In this document: positions 27,239 through 35,950 of the stretch, one piece after another
Numbering within the stretch: the first letter of the stretch is position 1
Layout of the letters: every line of letters begins with the position of its first letter
Assembly (NCBI GenBank): GCA_030646555.1
Contig: JAUSKP010000048.1
Coordinates: forward strand, 2,236-66,235
Direction of reading: 5' to 3'
Length of the DNA stretch: 64,000 nucleotides
Source: a bacterium
GTDB lineage: Bacteria > Patescibacteriota > Minisyncoccia > UBA6257 > 02-FULL-45-10c
The notes under the pieces: generated by a model
Databases searched by the model: none
Seen by the model: only the letters and a program-made list of their open reading frames with translations
Told to the model about the DNA's origin: nothing
Translations under genes and position numbers: made by a program

Positions 27239-27273
27239 TATTCTATATTCTATATTCTGTATTCAATATTCTC
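27239..27273. repeat. Heptamer tandem array (TATTCTA)n, right arm, inverted relative to the left arm
   Basis: tattcta tattcta tattctg tattcaa tattctc. Confidence 0.8.
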
Positions 27274-27274
27274 A

Positions 27275-27970
27275 TTATACCCCAGAGGGGTCCGTGAAAA
27301 AGATAACCAAAGTTTTAAAAAGAATTTTAATATCTAGCCATAAAGACTGATTTTCCAAATAATATTTGTCGTATTCTAATTCCTTAAGAAAGGGGAGTCC
27401 TGAAGCGCCATTCACTTGAGATAGGCCGGTCAAGCCCGTTTTTGCCGCAAGAAGCTCGCGATATTCTCTGGGGTAAGCAAATAGTTCTTCCGGTTCGTGC
27501 GGCCTTGGGCCGACCAAAGAAAGCTCTCCTTTTAAAACATTTATTAATTGCGGAAGCTCATCTAATCTGAATTTTCTTAAAAACCTGCCAACTTTTGTAA
27601 TGCGGGGATCATTTTTTATCTTAAAGAATGGCCCGTCCTTGCGCTCATTTAAGCTTAATAAATCTTTCTTTTGTTTTTCAGCGCCTAAAACCATGGATCT
27701 GAATTTATACACTTTGATTATTTTTCCTTCGCTTATTCTGTCTAGTTTTATTAAAATCGGACTATTTGTCATTTTTGCGAAAAATCCCCCTTCATCCCCC
27801 TTTATAAAGGGGGAAAGAGGGGGATTAGGATTTGTTAATATTTGGGACATCGGAAGTCCAAGAAAAGAATCCATTTTTATGGCCAGCGCGATGAACGGAA
27901 AGAACGGAAGCAAAATAATTAGACCTATTAATGAGCCAAGTATGTCAATTAGTCTTTTTATGATAAACAT
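27275..27970 (-). CDS. Bacterial sugar transferase (polyprenyl glycosylphosphotransferase)
   Basis: KRLIDI, YKFRSM, DPRITKVGRFLRKFRLDELPQL.NVLKG.LSLVGPRP motifs. Carries an in-frame palindromic insert. Confidence 0.93.
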   Translation of the reverse strand: MFIIKRLIDILGSLIGLIILLPFFPFIALAIKMDSFLGLPMSQILTNPNPPLSPFIKGDEGGFFAKMTNSPILIKLDRISEGKIIKVYKFRSMVLGAEKQKKDLLSLNERKDGPFFKIKNDPRITKVGRFLRKFRLDELPQLINVLKGELSLVGPRPHEPEELFAYPREYRELLAAKTGLTGLSQVNGASGLPFLKELEYDKYYLENQSLWLDIKILFKTLVIFFTDPSGV

Positions 27971-28206
27971 TTTTTAATTATATACTATTATTGTTAATAA
28001 TTTTAAATTACAAATTTTAAATTTTTAATCAATACCCAATTACTAAATTTAAATGAATAAACAAAAACAAGGAAGGGTTTACGGGTCTATGTTATAATTT
28101 TGAAATCAAAAAAGATGAAATAAATGTTAGAACCTGTTTTTAAATTTAGATATTACTGTTTTAAAATTGATTTAAAATTTGTAATTTTAAATTTAATATT
28201 TATTAT

Positions 28207-29685
28207 ATGCGCGTTGCAATCATTCACGATTATCTAAATCAATATGGCGGAGCGGAAAGAGTACTTGAAGCTTTTTGCGAGCTTTTTCCTGATGCGCCAA
28301 TCTATACTCTTTTTTACGATGAGGAAAAAACACTCGGGAGATTTAAAGACAAGGATATTAGAACAAGTTTTTTGGATATGAACTGGATTGCCACGTCTCA
28401 CCTGTCCGAAGCTTTACGCGAAGGAGGGTCGCAGGCTTTCCCGATTGCAAAGCAATCGAGGATCCTCGATAAAGTCGGGACTCGCAATGACAGAAAGGGG
28501 GAACTGGATTCCCGCTTTCGCGGGAATGACAGAGAGATTGCTTCGGCGCAGACTTCTCGCAATGACGGAATGGAAGCGGGAATAGTGGAAAAGAAAGGCG
28601 GAATCTTTCATAAATTTGTAATAAATAATCACAGGCTTTTTATCCCGCTAATGCCTATCGCCGCTTCGCTTATGAAAGTTGACGATGACTACGATGTGGT
28701 TTTATCTTCTAGCGCCGGATTCGGAAAGGGGATGAGAGTCGGGAAAAACACTATCCATATTTCTTATTGCCATACGCCCCTGCGTTACGCCTGGGAACAT
28801 TACAAATATTTTAATTGGCAAACTTATTTAAAAATTTTATCTGCCCCGGCTTTTTGGTATTTAAGAATATGGGATAAGTGGGTTGGACGAAAACCGCAAA
28901 AACTAATCGCCAATTCCAAATATATCTCCGAAAAAATAAAAAAATATTATAAAAGAGAGGCGGAAGTAATTTATCCGCCGGTAGATACCGAAAAATTCTG
29001 CGTCAAACCGAAAGTCAAAAAAGGGGATTATTTTTTGGCTGTCGGCAGGCTTATTCACTACAAAAAATTTGACCTGATCATTCGGGCATTCAATAAATTG
29101 AATTTGCCGCTTTTAATAATCGGCAATGGTCCGGAATTGGAAAATTTAAAACAATTAGCTAAATCCCCCCGCCTTCGCCCCGACTTCGCGAATGTTTCGC
29201 CGGGCAAACAAGGCTCCCTCCTTCGCCAAGGCTATGGCGGGCAAGCTGGCGGGCAAAGTAAAATAGAGTTTTTAACTTCCATAACCGATGAGCAATTAAT
29301 TCTTTTATATAATGGCGCGCAAGCTTTTATTTTTCCTCAGGTAGAAGATTTTGGACTGGTGGCCGCTGAAGCGCAGGCTTGCGGAACGCCGGTAATAGCC
29401 CTAAACCAAGGCGGTGGAAGAGAAATAGTTGAAGACGGCAAAACCGGCATTTTGTTTAACAATCAAAATGTAGATGATCTGATTATGGCGGTAAAAAGAT
29501 TCACCCTGTTAAATAATTTCGCTTTTAGAGAAATTCCCGCAAGAGCGGGATTTAACAGGGTAAAAATAAAGCAATTTGACCAAAAATTGATCCGTGAATC
29601 TGCGCTGCGATTTTCTAAAAATAAATTTAAAAAAGCGATATTGAAGGCGGTTTATGAAGCAAGGAATGCGTCATCCCGTACTTGA
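28207..29685 (+). CDS. Glycosyltransferase family 4 with several in-frame repeat-derived insertions
   Basis: HDYLNQYGGAERV, YCHTPLRYAW and EDFGLVAAEAQACGTPVIA motifs. Confidence 0.92.
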   Translation: MRVAIIHDYLNQYGGAERVLEAFCELFPDAPIYTLFYDEEKTLGRFKDKDIRTSFLDMNWIATSHLSEALREGGSQAFPIAKQSRILDKVGTRNDRKGELDSRFRGNDREIASAQTSRNDGMEAGIVEKKGGIFHKFVINNHRLFIPLMPIAASLMKVDDDYDVVLSSSAGFGKGMRVGKNTIHISYCHTPLRYAWEHYKYFNWQTYLKILSAPAFWYLRIWDKWVGRKPQKLIANSKYISEKIKKYYKREAEVIYPPVDTEKFCVKPKVKKGDYFLAVGRLIHYKKFDLIIRAFNKLNLPLLIIGNGPELENLKQLAKSPRLRPDFANVSPGKQGSLLRQGYGGQAGGQSKIEFLTSITDEQLILLYNGAQAFIFPQVEDFGLVAAEAQACGTPVIALNQGGGREIVEDGKTGILFNNQNVDDLIMAVKRFTLLNNFAFREIPARAGFNRVKIKQFDQKLIRESALRFSKNKFKKAILKAVYEARNASSRT

Positions 29686-29757
29686 TACGGGATCCAGGTC
29701 GAGGACTGGATTCCAAATCAAGTTTGGAATGACAGAGGGAGAAATGCTCGCAATGAC
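29670..29757. repeat. GTCAT...AATGAC element; supplies the GT4 stop codon
   Basis: gtcatcccgtacttgatacgggatccag...ctggattccaaatcaagtttggaatgac...ctcgcaatgac. Confidence 0.8.
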
Positions 29758-29827
29758 AGAAAATTTGACAAATAGGTGAAATTAGTGTATTTTATACATA
29801 GTTCATTCAACCTTTAGGAGGGGAAAA

Positions 29828-30082
29828 TTGATAGAAACAATAAAAGAAGAAGAGGTAAAGATAAATACCAAGAGCGGGATTGTCGGAAAAACAATAAGCG
29901 AAATTGAGAAAGAATTCCAGGTTTGCATAGTGGAATTAAAAAATCTCAGCGATCGCGCATTCGTGTTTTCGTGGGAGGAAAAACCTGAAAAATCCACAAC
30001 TATCAAACCGGAAGACGAGATAGTTGTTTCCGGAGAACCGTTGAATATCAAGCAGTTTTCCAAGGCCGCCTCTCTGAATTAA
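29828..30082 (+). CDS. Stand-alone TrkA-C (RCK_C)-like domain protein
   Basis: 'SGIVGKTISE...V.IV...P...T.I.PEDEIVVSG' pattern. AGGAGG SD, TTG start, promoter TTGACA at 29765. Confidence 0.7.
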   Translation: MIETIKEEEVKINTKSGIVGKTISEIEKEFQVCIVELKNLSDRAFVFSWEEKPEKSTTIKPEDEIVVSGEPLNIKQFSKAASLN

Positions 30083-30089
30083 GAGAAGC

Positions 30090-30121
30090 ACCCCCTCACT
30101 CATATAGAGTGAGGGGGTTTT
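30090..30121 (+). terminator. Intrinsic terminator
   Basis: ccccctcactc-atata-gagtgagggggtttt. Confidence 0.8.
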
Positions 30122-30156
30122 ATTTTTATATCATTTTTCTTCCTTTCTGTTTGTTT

Positions 30157-30297
30157 GTCATTCCTGCGAAAGCAGGAATCCATGTTTTTAGTTCATAATC
30201 TCTGGATTCCGGGTCAAGCCCGGAATGACAGATATGAGTAGATTGCTTCCTCCTTCGCATGGCTTCGGACGGACAAGTCGGCGGCACTCGCAATGAC
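30157..30297. repeat. GTCATT...AATGAC composite element with nested CCTTCGC..GGCTTCGG unit
   Basis: gtcattcctgcgaaagcaggaatcc, ctggattccgggtcaagcccggaatgac and gattgc...ctcgcaatgac units. Confidence 0.85.
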
Positions 30298-30362
30298 GGA
30301 AAGACAACAAAAATGACATAGAGAAACTTCATTTTTTGTTCATTTTAAGTTAAAATCTATAA

Positions 30363-32192
30363 ATGTTAGAAAATATCAGAAATTTCTGTATAATCGCGCA
30401 TATTGACCACGGCAAATCCACATTAGCCGATAGACTTTTGGAATTCACCGGCACGATTGAAAAGAGAAAAATGAAAGCCCAATATCTGGACCAAATGGAT
30501 CTTGAAAGAGAACGCGGTATTACCATTAAAATGACACCGGTCCGGATGAAATATAAGTATAATGATACTGAGTACACCCTTAACTTAATTGATACCCCGG
30601 GGCACAGCGATTTTTCCTATGAAGTTTCCCGCGCTTTAGCGGCGGTAGACGGCGCTATTTTACTAGTAGACGCTTCCCAGGGAATACAAGCCCAAACATT
30701 GGCCAACTATAATCATGCTAAAAAAGCAGGACTAAAAATAATCGGCGCCATAAACAAAATAGATCTGAATCCGTACGGGGTGGAAGAAATAGCAAAAAGC
30801 ATCAGTGAATTAACCGGGGAAAATCCGGATGATATCCTAAAAGTTTCGGGTAAAACCGGCCAGGGCGTGGAAGAGCTTTTAAAGGTAGTGATAGAAAAAA
30901 TTCCTGCTCCTAAAAAAGCTTTGATCTCGGAAAAGATCTTTGATAAGGATATTTTTCAGGCTTTGATATTCGATTCTTTTTATCATGAACATAAAGGCAT
31001 CGTTGCCAATGTCAGAGTCTTTAACGGATCCTTAAAAAGAGAAGGCGAGGCATATTTGGTTGCCGCTCAGAATAAATTCAAAGTAAAAGAGCTCGGACAT
31101 TTTTCTCCAGAATTAAAAAATGATGAGATCATAGAAGCCGGACAGATTGGCTATATTGCCACAGGACTTAAAGATCCGGAGATCTTGAAAATAGGCGACA
31201 CTATAATCAGCAGTGATCAGAGGCTAACAGAAGAAGATGTGAGATCACTGGCGCTTTCCGGCTATAAGGACCCTCAGCCGGTTGTTTTCGTGTCTTTCTA
31301 TCCGGACGAAGCTGATGATTACGAAAATTTAAAAACCGCTTTGGGAAAATTGAAACTAAATGATTCCGCGCTTAAATTTGAAGCGGACTTTAATGAATTT
31401 CTGGGAAGGGGATTCAAGGGCGGATTTTTAGGAAGACTTCACTTTGAAATAACCGCCGAAAGACTTGAACGTGAATTTAATTTACGAACCGTAAACAGCT
31501 TTCCATCTGTTTCTTATAAAGTTAAAACCAGGAATGAGAAATGGATAACTGTGGACACGCCCAAAGATTTTCCAGAAGATCACCTAGAAGTATTGGAGCC
31601 TTTGGCAAACATTGAAATAATAACCCCATCAAATTATTTAGGCGCGGTTTTGGGGTTGCAGCAAAGTTTTAAATTAAGAGATATAAACACCCGCTCTCTA
31701 GGAAATTCTGTAATTTTAGACGGGATTTTGCCAGTTGCCGAACTTATCAGGGATTTTGATGACCAATTAAAATCTGTTTCGGCTGGATACGCTTCATTAA
31801 GTTATGAGGTTTCCGGTTATAAAAAAGCTCAAGTGGTAAAACTGGAAATTTTAGTTGCCGAACATAACATTGGCGGACTCACGCGCATTGTTTATAAAGA
31901 TGATATGGATAGGGAAGCCAGAAAAACCGTGGAAAGACTAAAAGAACTTTTGCCCGCTCAACAATTTTCTCAAGCTATACAAGCCACTATCGGAAGCAAA
32001 ATCATTGCCAGAGAAACTATTCCGGCTATGAAAAAAGAGCTTGGTAATTTCGGAAAAAATGGCGGAGACAGGACCAGGAAAATGAAGCTCTGGAAAAAAC
32101 AGCAAAGGGGCAAGGAACGGCTTAAAGAAAGGGGCATTAAGAGTAAAATAGATATTCCGGCTAGGATATTTAAAGAATTACTGAAGAAATAG
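30363..32192 (+). CDS. lepA: Elongation factor 4 (LepA)
   Basis: [36 protein letters not shown] and GGDRTRKMKL motifs. Confidence 0.97.
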   Translation: MLENIRNFCIIAHIDHGKSTLADRLLEFTGTIEKRKMKAQYLDQMDLERERGITIKMTPVRMKYKYNDTEYTLNLIDTPGHSDFSYEVSRALAAVDGAILLVDASQGIQAQTLANYNHAKKAGLKIIGAINKIDLNPYGVEEIAKSISELTGENPDDILKVSGKTGQGVEELLKVVIEKIPAPKKALISEKIFDKDIFQALIFDSFYHEHKGIVANVRVFNGSLKREGEAYLVAAQNKFKVKELGHFSPELKNDEIIEAGQIGYIATGLKDPEILKIGDTIISSDQRLTEEDVRSLALSGYKDPQPVVFVSFYPDEADDYENLKTALGKLKLNDSALKFEADFNEFLGRGFKGGFLGRLHFEITAERLEREFNLRTVNSFPSVSYKVKTRNEKWITVDTPKDFPEDHLEVLEPLANIEIITPSNYLGAVLGLQQSFKLRDINTRSLGNSVILDGILPVAELIRDFDDQLKSVSAGYASLSYEVSGYKKAQVVKLEILVAEHNIGGLTRIVYKDDMDREARKTVERLKELLPAQQFSQAIQATIGSKIIARETIPAMKKELGNFGKNGGDRTRKMKLWKKQQRGKERLKERGIKSKIDIPARIFKELLKK

Positions 32193-32202
32193 TCTTTTTT
32201 CT

Positions 32203-32350
32203 GTCATTCCGCACTTGTCGCCGAAGTCATCGCTATGCGAGATCTGGCGAAGCCAGACAATCTATCTATCTGTCATTGCGAGGGCTTTGGCCCGCGGCAA
32301 TCTATCTTATTATGGATTGGATTGCCACGTCGCGGACTCCTCGCAATGAC
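32203..32350. repeat. GTCATT...AATGAC composite element
   Basis: gtcattccgcacttg..., gtcattgcgagggc...ggcaatc and gattgccacgtcgcggactcctcgcaatgac units. Confidence 0.85.
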
Positions 32351-32379
32351 AGAGAATATGATAAAATTAGAGGATAATA

Positions 32380-32670
32380 ATGAAAAATATTATAAATATT
32401 TTATTAATCGCGGTTATAGGTTTTTTAGGCTGGCAGTTTTTTAATTTATACATTAAGAATATTTCTTTAGAAAAATCGTCAAATAAATTAAATGCTGAAA
32501 TTTTTTCAATAAAGGCGGAAAATAAAGATCTCGTTTCAGATACCAACTATTTTTCTAATCCGGAAAATCAGGTGAAAGAAATAAAAAGCCAAACAAATTA
32601 CAAAGACCCAGGAGAAAAAGTGATCATTATAATTCCTCCGGCAACGGCAACGAGTACCGCCAATCAATAG
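32380..32670 (+). CDS. Septum formation initiator (FtsB/DivIC-like)
   Basis: Single TM, coiled coil and 'NPE..KE.K...NY..PGEKVIII' tail. Confidence 0.75.
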   Translation: MKNIINILLIAVIGFLGWQFFNLYIKNISLEKSSNKLNAEIFSIKAENKDLVSDTNYFSNPENQVKEIKSQTNYKDPGEKVIIIIPPATATSTANQ

Positions 32671-32749
32671 TAAATGTTAAAATAATTAGTGATCCATCCT
32701 TCGCTGTTTCAGCGGGCTTGCCCGCCGAAGCCAGCTATGGCTGGCAAAG

Positions 32750-32820
32750 GCGGGATTAGTACAATGGTAGTACGCGACCTTCCCAAGGTTGAGACGCGAG
32801 TTAGATTCTCGTATCCCGCT
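32750..32820 (+). tRNA. tRNA-Gly(CCC)
   Basis: Acceptor gcgggat/atcccgc, anticodon arm cgacc-ttCCCaa-ggttg. The T-loop reads TTAGATT, which is non-canonical. Confidence 0.85.
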
Positions 32821-32942
32821 CGCTTTGAGAATAATTCTTCTTTGGTAATGGGACGCTGGTTAAGACAGGGATCCGACCGCGCCCCGCACTCAGCTTCGCT
32901 GTAGTGCTGGGGCTCCCGTTACCCGCTCATAGTTAGATAAAA

Positions 32943-33015
32943 GCCACCTTAGCTCAGCTGGTAGAGCAATGCTTTCGTAAAGCAGAGGTCCCCGGTTCAA
33001 TCCCGGGAGGTGGCT
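32943..33015 (+). tRNA. tRNA-Thr(CGT)
   Basis: Acceptor gccacct/aggtggc, D-arm gctcagctggtagagc, anticodon loop ttCGTaa, T-loop ttcaatc. Confidence 0.93.
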
Positions 33016-33048
33016 CTGAAAAATGATACTATGAATATATGGCAGTTC

Positions 33049-33068
33049 CCTGCCTGCCGGCAGGCAGG
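33049..33068. repeat. 20-bp perfect palindrome CCTGCCTGCCGGCAGGCAGG
   Basis: Self-complementary GC-rich unit in an AT-rich spacer. Confidence 0.8.
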
Positions 33069-33165
33069 AATTCTGGCAGGGGGCTCCGAAATAAAAAAAC
33101 AAATGACAAATTTCTAATATCTAATCAAATCCAAAATTCAAACAACAAAATTTTTAAACAAGAGT

Positions 33166-33255
33166 GTCATTCCCGCGAAAGCGGGAATCCAGAAAACCTA
33201 GATTCCGCATCCCTCCGCCGCAAGGCTTCGGACGGGCAAGCAAGTGCGGAATGAC
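33166..33255. repeat. GTCATT...AATGAC element with nested unit, inside AT-rich heptamer-like arrays
   Basis: gtcattcccgcgaaagcgggaatccag ... gattccgca[...]tgcggaatgac. Confidence 0.85.
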
Positions 33256-33344
33256 AGAATATTTTTTTTAAACATTAGACATTTAATATTAGATATTGAT
33301 TAAAAATTGTAAATTAGAAATTAAAAATTGTTTTAGTAAATTAT

Positions 33345-34088
33345 ATGTTTAACCCATTGCTAGATAAATACGATAAAAAAAACGCCAACATCTCCCTTTT
33401 TCCCGGCGTGGGCGGAGATGATGCAAAAGATTGGGCGATAATGCTTTTGAATATGTACGTTAAATACGCCCAAAAACGAGGCTGGAAAGTGGTTCAAGTT
33501 GACGATAGATCTATAGATATAAGAGGGGAATATGCTTATGGCAATCTGAAAAAAGAAACTGGCGTGCACCGCCTGGTCAGAATATCTCCATTTGATTCCA
33601 AAAAACTCCGGCACACATCTTTTGCTTTAGTTGAAGTTTTGCCGGAAATTCCCGAAATAGAATTAAAGAATATAATAATTCCTTCGGAAGATCTGAAAAT
33701 AGAATTATCAAATTCCAGCGGTCCCGGCGGACAAAACGTGAATAAAAGAGAGACCGCGGTAAGGGCAGTGCATTTGCCGACAGGTCTCGCGGCGGCATCT
33801 CAAGTAGAAAGATCACAGCTTCAAAACAAAGAAAAAGCTTTGGCGTTGTTAAAGGCCAAATTGTTTAAATTGATGGCTGATAAGCAAGAAGGCGAGATAA
33901 AAAATCTTAGAACGCAAGTAAAACCGGAATGGGGCAATCAGATTCGCTCATATGTCCTTCATCCGTACCAACAGGTTAAGGATCATCGCACTGATATGGT
34001 AAGCCATCAGCCGGACAAAGTGTTAAACGGCGATTTGGAAAAATTCATTGAAGCAGAATTGGACACGGCGCCAGAATCTAGAATTTAG
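33345..34088 (+). CDS. prfB: Peptide chain release factor 2, N-terminally truncated
   Basis: GVHRLVRISPFD (SPF), SGPGGQNVNK (GGQ) and WGNQIRSYVLHPYQQVKDHRT motifs. 247 aa. Confidence 0.9.
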   Translation: MFNPLLDKYDKKNANISLFPGVGGDDAKDWAIMLLNMYVKYAQKRGWKVVQVDDRSIDIRGEYAYGNLKKETGVHRLVRISPFDSKKLRHTSFALVEVLPEIPEIELKNIIIPSEDLKIELSNSSGPGGQNVNKRETAVRAVHLPTGLAAASQVERSQLQNKEKALALLKAKLFKLMADKQEGEIKNLRTQVKPEWGNQIRSYVLHPYQQVKDHRTDMVSHQPDKVLNGDLEKFIEAELDTAPESRI

Positions 34089-34130
34089 AAAATAGAATAT
34101 AGAATAAGAGAAAAAGAATCTAGAAAATAG
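34072..34130. repeat. Solo (AGAATNT)n heptamer array overlapping the prfB stop
   Basis: agaatct agaattt agaaaat agaatat agaataa. Confidence 0.75.
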
Positions 34131-34225
34131 GATAAGATTGAAAAATTTGATATAATCAAAGTAATTAACGGTTAGTAAGTTTTTTATTTCTAATTACTAG
34201 TCGCTAGTGGCTAACTACTATCTTT

Positions 34226-34909
34226 ATGATCAGTTTTCAAAACATTACAAAAGTATACAATAATAAATCTATTGCCCTGGAAGAGGTTAATTTGACTATA
34301 AAACCAAATGAATTTGTTTCTATAGTCGGTAAAAATGGGGCAGGAAAATCAACATTGATAAAGATCCTCATCGGTGAAGAAAAACCAAGTAAGGGCAGGG
34401 TTATGTTTGGTTCCTATGAGGTAAACAAGATAAGGCCCAGTGAAATCCCTGAATTCAGGCGTAAAATAGGCATAGTTTTTCAAGATTTTAAGCTATTGGC
34501 GACAAAAACCGCCTATGAAAACATAGCATTTGCGTTAGAAGTTGATGGAAAGTCGCAATCCGAGATCCAAGAATTCGTTCCTCAAATATTAGATATGGTT
34601 GGTCTTTCTGATCGCGCTTTTAATTTCCCGCACGAACTTTCCGGCGGAGAAAAACAAAGAGTGGCGATCGCCAGGGCATTAATACATCAACCGATGCTTT
34701 TAATCGCCGATGAGCCAACCGGAAATTTAGACCCGCTGAATTCAGCCGAAATAGTTAAGCTGCTTGTAAAAATCAACGAGCTTGGCACGACCGTTATGCT
34801 TGTTACCCATAATAAAGACATCGTTAATAATCTGCATAAAAGAGTGGTAAGTATGGATAGTGGTAGAATAATAAGAGATGAAGAAAATGGAAAATACGTA
34901 TTAGCATAA
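34226..34909 (+). CDS. ftsE: Cell division ATP-binding protein FtsE
   Basis: GKNGAGKST, IGIVFQDFKLL, LSGGEKQRVAIARA and ADEPTGNLD motifs. Followed by ftsX. Confidence 0.95.
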   Translation: MISFQNITKVYNNKSIALEEVNLTIKPNEFVSIVGKNGAGKSTLIKILIGEEKPSKGRVMFGSYEVNKIRPSEIPEFRRKIGIVFQDFKLLATKTAYENIAFALEVDGKSQSEIQEFVPQILDMVGLSDRAFNFPHELSGGEKQRVAIARALIHQPMLLIADEPTGNLDPLNSAEIVKLLVKINELGTTVMLVTHNKDIVNNLHKRVVSMDSGRIIRDEENGKYVLA

Positions 34910-34925
34910 ATTAATTATCTATAAA

Positions 34926-35834
34926 ATGTTCACCGCCTTATTCAGAATAATAAAATATGGGGTTCAGGGATTTAAAAGAAATAGCTGGCTTTCCGTGACA
35001 ACCATAATAGTAATGACCTTAACTTTACTGGTTTTTGTCGGCCTAATTCTTTTTAGCGTGCTAACAACGGATACGATCAATTTATTAAAAGAAAAAATAG
35101 ATATCAGTGTTTATTTTAAAAATGAAACATCCGAAGACAGTATATTAAAAATTAAGAGATCTTTGGAGAGTTTGTCTGAAGTAAAAATTATAGAATATAT
35201 ATCCCGCGACGAAGCTTTAAAAATATTTAAAGAAAGGCACAAGGAAGACGTAACGATCTCTGAAGCTATAGACGTACTGGAAACAAACCCCCTTTCGGCT
35301 TCTTTAAATATAAAAGCCAAGGATCCAAAGGATTACCCTGTAATCACGGCTTATCTAAACAATGAAAACTTAAAAGAACAGGTGGAACAGGTAAGTTATA
35401 ATCAAAATCAGGTGGTCATTGATAGGCTGGCCACGATTGTAGACACAGTTCAGAAAAGTGGAATGGTTTTGATCTTAATTCTTTCATTGGTGGCTGTTTT
35501 GGTATCTTTAAATGCCATAATGCTGGCAATCCACTCAACACGCGAGGAAATAAGCATTATGAGGCTAGTGGGCGCCACAAACATATTTATAAGGGGACCA
35601 TATATCGTACAAGGAATACTTTATGGATTAATAGCCGGTATTTTAAGCATTGTATTTATCGCCCCATTGATTTATTTTTCTGCTCCCTACATAAAGATGA
35701 TCACTCCGGAAATAAATTTGTGGTCATACTTAATTGCCAATCTTTTTTCTATGACCGCCTATCAAATGCTCTTTGGAATTTTACTTGGCGCCATATCCAG
35801 CTCAATAGCTGTCAGAAAATATCTGAAACAATAG
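34926..35834 (+). CDS. ftsX: Cell division permease FtsX
   Basis: RNSWLS, NPLSAS and REEISIMRLVGATNIFIRGPY motifs. Confidence 0.95.
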   Translation: MFTALFRIIKYGVQGFKRNSWLSVTTIIVMTLTLLVFVGLILFSVLTTDTINLLKEKIDISVYFKNETSEDSILKIKRSLESLSEVKIIEYISRDEALKIFKERHKEDVTISEAIDVLETNPLSASLNIKAKDPKDYPVITAYLNNENLKEQVEQVSYNQNQVVIDRLATIVDTVQKSGMVLILILSLVAVLVSLNAIMLAIHSTREEISIMRLVGATNIFIRGPYIVQGILYGLIAGILSIVFIAPLIYFSAPYIKMITPEINLWSYLIANLFSMTAYQMLFGILLGAISSSIAVRKYLKQ

Positions 35835-35850
35835 TTAGCGTCCGCTAAAT

Positions 35851-35884
35851 AAAAATACCCCCGCTAATTGGCGGGGGTATTTTT
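35851..35884. terminator. Bidirectional terminator
   Basis: aaaatacccccgcta-a-ttggcgggggtatttt. Confidence 0.85.
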
Positions 35885-35950
35885 ATAAACTTTATGAAAT
35901 GGGGCTATAATACTTTTTAAAATGAAGAAAGTGGAAATTCTCAATTGCTG

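Noticed and set aside
30126-33254. ORF-track entries 30126-30332, 32235-32444, 32689-32904, 32890-33102 and 33039-33254
   Set aside because: They are translations of repeat elements or tRNA genes, not credible proteins.
19572-33255. Clustered repeats as a possible CRISPR array
   Set aside because: There is no regular repeat-spacer periodicity, the units are dispersed palindromes of variable length, and no cas genes are present.
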